Below the pieces are notes generated by a model. That model ran no database searches. It saw only the letters and a program-made list of their open reading frames with translations, and had not been told where the DNA came from. Positions 30,413-42,664 of a DNA stretch of 64,000 bases are shown here, in pieces; position 1 is the stretch's first letter; each line of letters starts with the position of its first letter. The stretch spans positions 81,406,001-81,470,000 of the forward strand of contig OX597825.1 in NCBI GenBank assembly GCA_951406725.2, in the 5' to 3' direction. This stretch comes from Octopus vulgaris (taxonomy: Eukaryota). The position numbers and the translations under genes were made by a program.

Positions 30413-31373
30413 TAAAACATTGCAGCTAAGGATAAAATTTCAAATAAAATATTTAGTTTTAGAAAATATTAGCTTTTATTAAAACTAAAAATTTCATTAC
30501 AAGTTATTACTTCTATTTGTCATTACTTGTTACTTCTATAAAAAGAAAAAAAAAACAATTCAATTAAAATATTTTTTGCACTTTAAAAAATTCATGTCTT
30601 TAATTATTAATTAATAATTAGAATTTGAAAATAGGTTTAAAAAAATAGTAGTAGTACAATAAATAGAATAATACAAAAATTTGCATGAGTTATTGCCATA
30701 GGGGCAGGAGTGGCTGTGTGGTGAGTAACTAGCTTTCGAACCACATGGTTCGGGGTTCAGTCCCACTGCGTGGTACCTTGGTCAAATGTCTTCTACGATA
30801 GCCTCGGGCCGACCAAAACATTATGAGTGGATTTGGTAGATGGAAACTGAAAGAAGCCCGTCGTATATTTGTATATATGTGTGTTTATATGTTTGTGTGT
30901 CTGTGTTTACCCCCCACTCACCATCGCTCGACACCCTATGCTGGTGTGCTTATGTCCCCGTAACTTAGCGGTTCGGCTAAACGAGACCGATAGAAGAAGC
31001 ACTAGGCTTACAAAAAGTAAGTCCTGGGGTCGATTTGCTCGACTAGAGGCGGTGCTCCAGCATGGCCGCAGTAAAGTGACTGAAACAAGTTAAAGAGTAA
31101 GACAAGTAAAACATGTAAAAGCGTAAGTCTTCACATTTTTAGTATTGACCCAATGTCTTATTTTTTACATAATGGATTTGCCTACCATATATACTGTTCT
31201 ACTTTGCATCAAACTTTAGCCATATTGGTACTTCTGGGTCTCATTTTTTAAGTATTCTACTGTGTCAATATTTTAACAAAATGATGATACCGTTTTTAAT
31301 TATAATGTTACTTTGTAAATTAAAATAAAATAATTTTTAATATTCAAATTATATCCTTAGCTGCAATATTTTA
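30413..31373. mobile_element. Putative AT-rich MITE defined by inverted repeats, with a nested SINE
   Basis: taaaacattgcagctaaggataaaattt (30413) is the near reverse complement of aaattatatccttagctgcaatatttta (ending 31373). Confidence 0.55.
30701..31100 (+). mobile_element. SINE family A, full length
   Basis: Colinear with 28870-29270. Confidence 0.93.
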
Positions 31374-32541
31374 AGTATAAATTCTCTTCTTCTGTACTTC
31401 GCCAGATGTAATAGTTGTCCTGAACTTTGCCAAGTGTAATAACTTGTCCTGCAATTTTCCAGGCTTATAACCTTAAGAATATTATTTCTCTTGCTCGCAT
31501 TTTCCCATATAATCCATGTTTTTACCAGGCTATGCTATTATGCTAACTAATAATGTGTCAACTGTGTCAATTAGCGATGTCGTTGATAATTATTTCTGTA
31601 GCTGAATGACGCCGGTGTCATATATTAAAAGTCCCCAACAGAACTATATTCATAAAAAAGTATAGAACTATATTATCACCCTCAAATTTGAGAAACAAAC
31701 ACTCATAACTTTGTTCTTTTAAAACTTCATTGCATGAGATTGATACCACGAAATTCCTTGAATTGAGCTCTATCATTTAAGCTTAATTAAAATATAGTTT
31801 GTTTTTAAAATAAAAAAGTTAATTATATCTAAATCCAATTTTGGGCCTTACTTATATTTTTTTCATGATATATTTGATACAAATTTTTGTTGCATGGGAA
31901 CAAAACTATGAAATTCTCCATGCTTTCTCCTATCGTTGAATCTAAGATAAATATATTTTGCTTTTGAAATAAAAAAAAAGTTTTTTAGATCTAAATTTAA
32001 TTGGTGGCATTACTTACACTCCTATAGCGTTGCTACAAATTTTAATGTAAACTTTTTCTACTGGATCAAATCATCTCAATTTATTATGCCAAAATGTAGC
32101 TAGGGACCAGTCTTCTTCAAAAATGTTAACAGCTTTCAATTTAGTGAAGAACTGAATTAGCAACAAAGATCTGAAGATGCGGCGTTTGAGTAAATACTAT
32201 TCACACGCATACATACATACACACACACATACATACATACATACATACATACATACATACATACATACATACATACATACATACATACATAATATTAGGG
32301 AGTCCAAACTTACAGGGAAAAATTCAATTCAGATTAAATTTGAATTGTAATTCGAACTTAAATTATAGCCATGAAACGTACGTAGTTTTTTTTTACTTAT
32401 TATATATTGTTTATTCCTTTTTGTACTTTTTGTGATCTAGTTATATGTTTTAATATATATTTTATTTTTTATTTATGATTTGGTTTATGTCTATCATTGT
32501 TTGAATTGCATAATAGTGGCTTTTATCTAATTTATATATTA

Positions 32542-32581
<40 letters not shown>

Positions 32582-33055
32582 GCACATACTTATATGTGTA
32601 TGAGTGTGTATGCGTGACTATGTCTTTGCCCCACCCCATGTCTTGAAAAACCGTTTGAATACGTACGCTCATGTTGCATGCACGTGCCATTGCGTGTCAC
32701 GTGCATGTATGTATATATAATTCCATGTGCGGGTGTATATAGTACCATAATTATTTTGTGTTAGTCTTTGCATCTCCCTAACACAGGCGATCATTCGTGG
32801 ACGTGACTAATATCCTATTGTGCTTAATACCTTTCCTTAGTTTGTATGTAACTGACCATAGCTAACCATAGCTGACCATCGCTGACCACAGCTGACCACA
32901 GCTGACCTCACCAATCCTCCCCTGCCAACCCAAATCAAGCCTCAATCCTCGCTGCTGATTGCTTTTCTCCTCATCATCTAGTTTCTAATTATTAACGATA
33001 GATCATGCAACAGAGACTAATTATTAGTGTTATATAAATGAATTGATAGGTTTCG

Positions 33056-33098
<43 letters not shown>

Positions 33099-33108
33099 CA
33101 ACACTCAC

Positions 33109-33148
<40 letters not shown>

Positions 33149-33322
33149 ATATATATATATATACATATTTCTCTTTCGTTCTCTCCCTCTGCGTATACAT
33201 ATATATATGTATATATATATATATATAAATATTCACACACGTGTATTTATACATACATATACACATGTATATATATATGCGTGTATATATATATGTTGGT
33301 GAGTGTATCTGTGAGTGTGTGT

Positions 33323-33486
33323 AGGCGTAGGAGTGGCTGTGTGGTAAGTAGCTTGCTTACGAACCACATTGTTCCGGGTTCAGTCCCACTGCGTGGCACC
33401 TTGAGCAAGTGTCTTCTACTATAGCCTTGGGCCGACCAAAGCCTTGTGAGTGGATTTGTTAGACGGAAACTGAAAGAAGCCCGTCG

Positions 33487-33568
<82 letters not shown>

Positions 33569-33779
33569 CGTATATGTTTATGTGTCTGTGTTTGTCACCC
33601 CCAACATCGCTTGACAACCGATGCTGGTGTTTTTACGTCCCCGTAACTTAGCGGTTCGGCAAAAGAAACCGATAGAACAAGTACTAGGCTTACAAAGAAT
33701 AAGTCCTAGGGTCGATTTGCTCGACTAAAGGCGGTGCTCCAGCATGGCCACAGTCACATGACTGAAACAAGTAAAAGCG
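33323..33779 (+). mobile_element. SINE family A, full length with expanded internal microsatellite
   Basis: Colinear with 28870-29270; internal (TA)n(TG)n at about 33487-33590. Confidence 0.93.
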
Positions 33780-34743
33780 TTTAGACTGAAATTTTTAAAA
33801 ATTATCTCCAGGAACCAATTCCCGACAACATTCAACAACATTCAGCGACACTCTGCCTGAGAATTTGATAGTCTGGAATATTGTCAGATATTCATATTTT
33901 TATAACAGGCGGGTAATATGGGCGGGTGGTACAAAGTGAACTTTAGAGGCGAGTATCACCGACAGTCTCCTAGAGACTGTTTGGGTCTCGATGAAATTCA
34001 ACTACGCGGTTTTTATTGGAGCACTTTCTGGTCGGAGATTATTGGGAACTTACAGGTGTCTTTGGTATTGCATTCTTTACTGCAGGTTGCAGGTTGCGAG
34101 CTCGAGATAAACTTTATGGAGACCATTGTGCCAATAGCTGAGCCACTCCAAGATCTGCAGAGAGTGACAAAGCTATTCGCCAAGCAGTCGTTACGTGTCT
34201 GAAAATTGTTGAATTAAGGACTTATGACCAAAGACTTAAATACTGAACTGCACTTAACAAAAGTTTAAATCTCTCATTAACATACAAAAGACCCCCAACA
34301 ACAACTAAACCTAACGACACATCTGCTGACCAACATATTAACTTCATTCTTTTGGGATGCTTCTGACCTGAAGATGAGACTCCTAAATATACACATCTGA
34401 TTGCAAAGCTCTGCATGGATAAATAAATTCAAAATAATAAACAAAAGCTCAAATTTAAGCAATTAAAACCCTACATAATATTTTGCAGCTCAACCTGCCA
34501 TACAGCCTAATTATCATTCAACAGGGCTCAGGTTATCGGAAAAAATTTTAAGTTAACAGAGACTATATATAGCGCTAAAACAAACTCAAGTGTACCACAG
34601 TCCCATGATGGCTAAGCTGGCCGCAATATTCTTGTTAAAGAATAATGTATATACATAAATGCACACATACAAACATACATTCATACATACATATATACAT
34701 ACATACAACCATGCGTGCGTGTATATGTATGTATATGTCTATA

Positions 34744-35461
34744 TACAGAGTGTTCGTGCTAAATTTGACGGCGTTTTATGTCTCCTTTTTTCAAGAACAT
34801 TTGGATGTGTTGGTAAACAGTGAACACCTCTGAAGAGTACAATGTTGAAGATTGTAGCCAAGAAGAAGTTCGGTGACATGAAGGACCGGGTATCAAAATG
34901 CTGATATCGTGACAACTGCTCAACACTCTGTGAATACTGCGAAAGCTGTAAGATATGGAAATCTGCTGCGGAGACTAGGAGGACGTGGCTAGCAGGAAGG
35001 GTCACAGCAGGTGTTCCAACGGCGTTCGCGCGGCATAGGGCACCTCCTCATCTTTGAACTGGGATTTAGGTTCAATTCAGACTACTATGTGAAGCTGCTG
35101 GAGACTGGTCAATCCCTCGCTAGGCAACTTGTATTTGGACGTTTTCTCGGGGATGCAGGTTTTTCAGTCGTTTTGAGGTTGTCTTGGGGCCGTCTGGAGG
35201 CCTCTTGAGACCGTATTGAGCCGTCTTGAGGCCGTCTGGAGTGTTCTGAGGCTGTGGAACCATCTTAAGGCCGGCTGGAGCCCTTTTGAGACCGTCTTGA
35301 GGCCCTAGTGGAAATCGAGGACGGCTACCTTGAGTAAACTTTTATCCCCAAATCATAATCTTGTTGATATTTTTTGATTTTTCGAAATACTTTCCTTTTT
35401 GGATGGGATATAGTGTTTTCTTTTCTTTTAATGCAGTCAAAATTAACCCAAACACCTCATA
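34744..35461 (+). mobile_element. Internally deleted Tc1/mariner-superfamily transposon
   Basis: Degenerate TIRs (TA-cagagtgttcgtgctaaatttgac / gtcaaaattaacccaaacacctca-TA); fragments FNSDYYVKLLET and RLEALVEIEDGYLE* (35293-35337). Confidence 0.75.
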
Positions 35462-35545
35462 CACACACACACGCACGCACACATACACACGCACACACAT
35501 ATAGTTCATACGTATATATATGTATATATATGTATATATATATGT

Positions 35546-35617
<72 letters not shown>

Positions 35618-36112
35618 ATATATGTATATATATATATGTACATATGTATATATATATATATATATGTATAATTCGATTCTTCATATATGTGGGAGAATTA
35701 GAAAAACCATATGGATACGGTGTAAACATTCTTCGTGAAACGAACGAACCTGTTGGATGAAATTACATTTAGGAAACCGCCGTGATTGAAGAAGACAAAA
35801 CCAAGTGGATACGATGACGCTGTCGACTTAAGAGAACGCAACACGCAAAGCTTTTGAGCCAGAGAAGATACGTCATGCAATGAATTAATAATAAACTCTC
35901 ATTGAATCTGTGTGTAAAGCCACTCCAACGTTATTTATCAAAAAGACAATCGTAATTCTCCTTAATACAGCCATTGTTTGTCTCGCTAATATTGTTTTAA
36001 CTAAGCCGGCTGCTCGCTTGTTTGGGCTAATTGACTTTTCTGTGAAACTTATTTCAGACAGGCTGTACATGATGCACACAGTCTATGAGCACATATACAT
36101 AAATACATGTAA

Positions 36113-36160
<48 letters not shown>

Positions 36161-36214
36161 GTGGGTGCATATATATATATATATATGTGTGTGTATGTGT
36201 GTGTGTGCGTGTGT

Positions 36215-36442
36215 GGAGGCACATGGTCTAGTGGTTAGAGCAGCGGATTCGCGGTCTAGGGATCGCGGGTTCGAATCTCGGGCCGGGCGATGACTCTTTC
36301 GCCACAAATTTCTCTCAATTGTCCTCCTGCATCTTGCAGCTTACCTGCGATGGACCGGCGTTCCGTGCAGGTGGGGAACCCACACGCGAAGGAAACCTGG
36401 AAACTGGCCCTTATGAGCCAGTCATGGTTCAAGAAGGAACAC
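36215..36442 (+). mobile_element. SINE family B (tail type 4), central deletion
   Basis: A box tggtctagtgg, B box ggttcgaatct, actctttcgccacaa body; tail same as 1-134. Confidence 0.88.
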
Positions 36443-36517
36443 ATAATATATACTTATGTATATATATATGTGTATGTATATGTATATATACATATGTATA
36501 TGTATATTTGTATGTAT

Positions 36518-36875
36518 TGGCACAGAAGTGGCTGTGTGGTATGTAGCTTGCTTACCAACCACATGGTTCCGTGTTCAGTCTCACTGCGTGGCACCTTAGG
36601 CAAGTTTCTTCTTCTATAGTCTCGCACCGACCAAAGCCTTGTGAGTGGATTTGGTTGAGGGAAACTGAAAGAAGCCCATCATATATATAAAGAAGCCCAA
36701 TATATATATATATATATATATACGACGGTTCCGTCAAACCGATCCACTCACAAGGGTTTGGTCGGTCCGAGTGTATAATAGGAGACACTTGGACAAGGTG
36801 CCACGCAGTGGCATTGAACACGGGGCCATGCAGTTGGGAAGCAAACTTCTTAGCACACACCCATACTTGCGCCTA
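36518..36875. mobile_element. Inverted pair of SINE family A heads (plus 36518-36682, minus 36722-36875)
   Basis: Both match the family A 5' half, on opposite strands, about 40 bp apart. Confidence 0.88.
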
Positions 36876-36879
36876 TACC

Positions 36880-37010
36880 AATCTCAGTTGTACTTTATTT
36901 TAACGACTCCTAAACGATGAAGAGTAGTGTTGACAACGGCGGGATTCGAACTCAGAACGTAAAGATCTATAAGGAAAAGCTGAAACTCTAACGATTCTGC
37001 CAGCTCACCG
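36880..37010 (-). mobile_element. SINE family C fragment
   Basis: Minus strand gagctggcagaatcgttag...acgttctgagttcgaatcccgccg. Confidence 0.75.
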
Positions 37011-37143
<133 letters not shown>

Positions 37144-37699
37144 TATGAATGGATGGATGAGAAGGAATACAGAAATAAAGATAGGTAAAGATTAAAAGAA
37201 AAGAAAAGAAAGAAAGAAAGAGGTCGAGAAATAAACTGTAGAGGAATGAAAGAACGTTTAAAGCTATACAAAGAAAAAGAAAGAAAAAAAGACAGTGAAG
37301 GAAAGAAGAAAGAGAGAAAGAAAGAAACGAAAACTGAAAGCAAGAACGAAAGAAAGATTTAAGACAAATAAGAAGACATTATGAAAGGCAGATAGGGATA
37401 AGAAAGAAAAACGAATGAAGAGAATGAAAGAGGGAGAGAGGGGGAAGGGAAAGAGGGGGAAGGAGAGATAGGAGGGAGAGGGGGAGAGGAGGGGAGAGAG
37501 GGAGAGAGATCAGTGTAACCCGGGTATGTGTAGAGTATTATTATCAATTGTTGGTGAATAATCTATCGGAAGCTGTTGTTCTTAATAAAGGTGATCGTTG
37601 TTTGGCGTTATTCTGTGAGTGAAAAGGCCTTTGTTGGTAATAACAGGGGAAGCACGCGGCAGCGCCGCCATCGGGTTTCTATCATTGTGTCTACGTCAT

Positions 37700-38167
37700 A
37701 AATACAACAACAACAACAACAACAAAAACAACAAGAGCAACGTCTGCAACAGCAACAACAACAATAGCAATAACCCGAATAACACGTAGCAACAATAGTT
37801 GCAACGGCGTCAACAAAAACAACAACAAAAACAACAACAACAATAACAATAATAGTCGCAACGACATGAATAGAAAGAAGGCAACGGCAACAACAACAAC
37901 AACAACAACAGCAAGTACAAGAACAAGAAGAGCAATGGCAACAGCTATAAGAAGAAGAACAATGACGACAACGACGACGACGACGACAACGACCAGCATT
38001 CCCAACAACAATGGCGGCAATAGCGACAGCAGCAGCAGTAGCAGCAGCGACAATAACACTAAGATCAAATACAGCAGCGACAAGATCATCATCATCATCA
38101 TCATCGTCGTCGTCGTCATCATCATCATCATCATCATCGGCATCATCATCGGCATCATCATCATAAC

Positions 38168-38228
<61 letters not shown>

Positions 38229-38242
38229 GGCATCATCATCGG

Positions 38243-38274
<32 letters not shown>

Positions 38275-38300
38275 ACAACAACATCAACAGCATCATCAAC
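37700..38300. repeat. Compound (CAA)/(GAC)/(CAG)/(CAT)n array
   Basis: Seen directly; source of the poly-D, poly-M and poly-C pseudo-ORFs. Confidence 0.95.
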
Positions 38301-38483
38301 AATAGTTCCAACAACATTTGATACTCTTTGCAGAAAATCAGTTTTGTTGTAAGATAAAATATGCTTTTGATCAAGTCTAGGAGAAGGAATCGCCATTTTC
38401 TTTTGTTGCTTCCTTCCTTCCTTCCTTTCTTCCTTTCGTTAATTTCTTTATTATCTTTTCTTTCACAATTTCTGCATCACCCA

Positions 38484-38872
38484 TGGCAGCGAACTGGCAG
38501 AATCGTCAGCACGCCGGACGAAATGCTTAGCGGTATTTCGTCTGCGGTTACGTTCTGAGTTCAAATTCCGCCGAGGTCAACTTTGCCTTTCATCCTATCG
38601 GGGTCGATAAATTAAGTATCAATTACGCACTGGGGTCGATATAATCGACTTAATACCTAGGCCTGTCCTTGTTTGTCCCCTCTGTGTTTAGCCCCTTGTG
38701 GGTAATAAAGAAATAGGTATTTCGTCTGCCGCTACGTTCTGAGCTCAAATTCCGCCGAGGTCGACTTTGTCTTTCAGTCTTTCGGGGTCGATATATTAAG
38801 TACCAGTTGCGTACTGGGGTCGATCTAATCGACTGCCCCCTCCCCCAAAATTTCGGGCCTTGTGCCTAGAGA
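38484..38872 (+). mobile_element. SINE family C, dimeric
   Basis: Head ggcagcgaactggcagaatcg; core ggtatttcgtctgc...gagttcaaattccgccgaggtc...ctggggtcgat repeated at about 38532 and 38716 with different tails. Confidence 0.9.
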
Positions 38873-39079
38873 ATATCTGCATCACCCCTCTCTCTCACTC
38901 ACACCCTCTTGTAGTTATGTCTGACTAGTCTTTCTTTTCTCTTCTACTGTTTCTCTTTCTTCTGCTCAGTGTTCCCTGTATCTCTAGAAAAGTAAATGAA
39001 CAAGGATAGGTAGACTCTGAAACACTAAGTCCTACGTTCAAATTCTCAGCGGGTATTTCAAGCTGTTGTAAAACATAAA

Positions 39080-39295
39080 GGTAATCCCGCCCCCACTTCG
39101 GTCACGATTGCACCCAGAAAGTGCCCTCCCAGGTTGTTTATGGAAGACCAGCAGTCACCCATGCATACCAGCCTCCCCTCTTCACTCCAGCAATGTTATC
39201 CAAGTCAAAGATCGATTCAGCTTGGCACCAGTGACATCGCAACTCTTTTTTACAGCTGAACGAAACTGAAGGAACGTGAAGTAAAGTGCCTTCAC
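39080..39295 (-). mobile_element. SINE-like body and tail fragment
   Basis: Minus strand cactttacttcacgtt...cagctgtaaaa...gtcactggtgccaagctg; central part resembles 27280-27340. Confidence 0.5.
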
Positions 39296-39449
39296 TTACC
39301 TCAGTTACATTAATTAAAGTTAGTCTTTCGATCCTTAAATTATATGAAACTTTCCGGTTAATCATTGCATTTATTTACTTCTAGAATAAACGCAAATCCC
39401 CTTTGGAGATCCAAATCCTGAATCCTGAGTTGAGTTTCTTCTTTTGGCT

Positions 39450-40523
39450 CAGTGGCTTTCACCCGGGGTCCGTAACACTCTTCGGGGTCAATACAGTATT
39501 TTCTGGTTAAAATTTATGTGCAATAAACTTGGTCACACTTTTAAAATACACAAAATATTTCAATGTTTCGTACTTTAGAAAATTACTATTTGTAAATCTC
39601 ACAATGTGAGATATTCAGCGACAGTACTTTGTAGTAAAGATTATTTGCCAACATAACATGGCAGTCCTGGTTTGCTGAATATCTCATGTTGTGAGATTTA
39701 AAAATAGTAATTTTCTAATTTATAAATCAGTGACTAGTTGTCACTTTGAAACCTATATATTTCGAACAGGAATTTGGCAGCACCACCTTTAGCCGAGCAA
39801 TTATTCTGTGCTGATGAAGGGAAATAACCCAGAAATTGCGATACAGATATTGTTTTAGGCTGAGTGAGGGTGCTAGATTCTCTTGTTTGAAAATATAAGG
39901 ACACAGATCGTGACGTATGGCCAGCTGGAGACGATGTCCCCTGGGGCTAAATTACAGCAACATTAGTCCTAAACCAGGACTGCCATGTTATGTTGGCCAA
40001 CAATCTTTACGAGAATATTTCGTACATTTCCTAATAATATTTACTGATGAAAATATAACGGGACATTTTAGACATCGAATGGCTATGAGGATCCACCCGA
40101 GTAAAATTAGGAATGAAAGGGGTTCAAACGCTAAAGGGTCAAAAATCAATACTTTAGCTTAGCGTTTCTTAAACTATGGGCCACGACCCCAAATGAGGTC
40201 GCGAAAATTAAATTCAACCATATGACCGAAACAACTATATGTTATTTCACAAACTTATATTTAATACCTGGGGTCACGAAAAATGTCGTGATGAAAAATG
40301 GGGTCATGGATGAAAAATGTTTAAGAATCAATACTTTAGCTCAGCGTTTCTTAAACTATGGGCCACGACCCCAAATGAGGTCGCGAAAATTAAATTCAGC
40401 CAAATGACCGAAATAAATATATGTAATTTCACAAACTTATATTTAATATCTGGGGTCGCGAAAAATCTCGTGGTGAAAAATGGGGTCATGAAAGAAAAAT
40501 GCTTAAGAATCAATACTTTAGCT
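39450..40523. mobile_element. hAT-like MITE (39450-40151) with nested insert, followed by two tandem 174-bp hAT MITEs (40160-40333, 40342-40515)
   Basis: CAGCGTTTCTTAAAC / GTTTAAGAATCAATA ends; CTTTAGCT at 40152-40159, 40334-40341, 40516-40523; 182-bp period. Confidence 0.8.
39805..39847 (+). ncRNA. Minimal hammerhead-like motif within nested inverted repeats
   Basis: tctgtg-CTGATGA-A-GGG-aaataa-CCC-A-GAAA-ttgcga-tacaga; cleavage triplet register imperfect. Confidence 0.55.
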
Positions 40524-41444
40524 TATCCATTTAATTCAAGAGATTAACCCCTTCGGATAAAGGTTTGACATCAACTACCCATCTCGTGTTTTCACTTCCA
40601 TATTTATGAAATCATGTCATCCGCTGTTAAATATCGCTTATTAGTATTTGTGAAGCAGATAATACGGATAGGTTTTGATGTCATTTCGTTTATTTCCCCT
40701 GTGAGCGGGAAAAAATAAATATTTTATAAGTTCATTTATAAATATATTTGTGACTAAGAGCAAGGAAGTGTATCTGTGTATATGTCAGTATTAATGTGTG
40801 CGTGCGCATAATTGTGTGTGCGTGTATGTATGTGTGTGTGAGAGAGAGAGAGAGAGAGAGGTGGAGGGAAAATAAGGAGAGGTGTTGAAGGAGGAGTGGG
40901 TGGAGAAGGAAAAGTGAGGGTTAGACATATATATTGCTACAGTAACATTTAGCAAGATGTGTGTTTGAGAGAAAGAGAGAGAGAGGGGGAGAAAGAAAGA
41001 GAGAAAGAAAGAAGGAAAGATGGGAGAAAGATTGTTTGATAGTCTGATATATTGTTTGTTAACTAAAGTGATATTTTGTTTCGTAAATACAGATAGATAC
41101 ATAAATAGAAGGATATATATATATATTTAATGTACACACACACACACACACACACACAGACACACATATATATATATATGTATATATATATAAATATACG
41201 TATATATATATATTTATATGTATATATACGTATATATATATATATATACGTTAAATATATATGTGTGTGTATATATATATATATACTTAGTCACACAAAA
41301 GCACACACACACACATTAGCACACATGAAGAGAGTAAGAGAGACAGATAGATAGGTAGGTAGATAAATAGATAGATAGTGAGAGAGAGAGATAAATGGAT
41401 AGATAGATAGAAAGATAGACAGATAGATAAATAGACAGATATAT

Positions 41445-41508
<64 letters not shown>

Positions 41509-41557
41509 CAGCTTATACACACACACATACACAAATAAGCACACTTAGATAAATATG

Positions 41558-41598
<41 letters not shown>

Positions 41599-42254
41599 TT
41601 AAGTATACATATATATAAATATATACATAGATACACACACGCACACAAAAATAGATACGTATATACACGTGCATATATGTATTCATACATTCGCACAATT
41701 AAACAGTCAATCTCCCGCATACATACGCACATCCCTGTACATACACGTCCACACACCGATACACTTAAGTGAGAAAAATTAAACAAATAAATGCGTAAAA
41801 TACAAAAAAAAAAGAAGGAAAAGAGAGTGAATAACATACACACAAATACTGCTAACGCTGAACATATTTAACGACATTCTTCAGAGTTTGGTAAATGAAG
41901 AAATCTTGGAAAATATTTACTCTGATGCTATATATATTAAAGTGGTTTTAGGTTAGCGAGAGACAAACAAGAATCTGCAAAGCGTAACTGATGTTCATAC
42001 GAACGCTTTTAGTGCCTGGACTAGTTCAAAAGACCAAGTGACACTGAGAGTCTAAACTACTAAACAGGCATGCTTCAATTATTGCTTATGAAATCATGAC
42101 AGGCCTTAAATACTGTCGATATAACATGGCGCGACCTCATCTAGAAAGAAATATATTAGCTTTTAAAAACAGCGCAAATTTTGATCAATTTCTCATAACG
42201 AGAGAGCTCAGTGGACCGCAAACGAACGGTGAATATTATCCTTGTTGTTGTTGC

Positions 42255-42445
42255 AGAATAGTTAGCACGGCGGGCTAAATGCTTTCAGCATTTCGTCCGT
42301 CTGTACGTTCTGAGTTCAAATTCCGCCGAGGTCGACTTTACCTTTTATTCTTTTTTCGATAAAATAACACCCATTAAAACACTGGGGTCGATGTAAACGA
42401 CTTATCCCCACCCCAAAATTGCTGGCCTGGTGCCAAAATTTGAAA
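42255..42445 (+). mobile_element. SINE family C
   Basis: gttagcacggcgggc...gttctgagttcaaattccgccgaggtcgactt...ctggggtcgatgta. Confidence 0.85.
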
Positions 42446-42469
42446 TTATTGTTATTATCATTATTATTA

Positions 42470-42662
42470 TTTCATGAAATCTCTCAGCTTATTTTGCTGG
42501 GTATGATGGAAAGTGTCAGCTGTCCACAACCAGCAGACTAAGGGGACACTGACTTACTGGTCATGCTTCAAGAACCCTGCGAAGAATTCTTGCAGTTCCA
42601 AGCAATTCTGACTTTTGTAGGTGTTCTACTTTTACATTTTTACCAATCTTTTTGAGCCATGT
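42470..42662 (-). mobile_element. R4/Dong-like LINE 3' end
   Basis: HLQKSELLGTARILRRVLE; reverse complement of 63145-63285; TAA tail. Confidence 0.82.
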
Positions 42663-42664
42663 TG

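Noticed and set aside
32853-32908. Short tandem repeats (GCTGACCACA; also 16860-16940, 31395-31460, 48670-48790)
   Set aside because: Ordinary local minisatellites with no further structure
33918-34202. 94-aa non-repetitive ORF
   Set aside because: No recognisable domain or splice support; probably decayed repeat or chance
34360-34410. tgacCTGAAGA core; also CTGATGA at 40045 and 53027
   Set aside because: No paired stem II followed by GAAA
36215-36290. tRNA-like sequences with A and B boxes
   Set aside because: They continue into repeated SINE bodies and lack a clean cloverleaf, so they are SINE heads, not tRNA genes
37608-38396. 262-aa acidic/Cys-rich ORF
   Set aside because: Lies almost wholly in a compound trinucleotide array that is open in several frames on both strands
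40152-40523. Repeat-spacer pattern suggestive of CRISPR
   Set aside because: Intervening units are near identical, the context is eukaryotic and no cas genes are present
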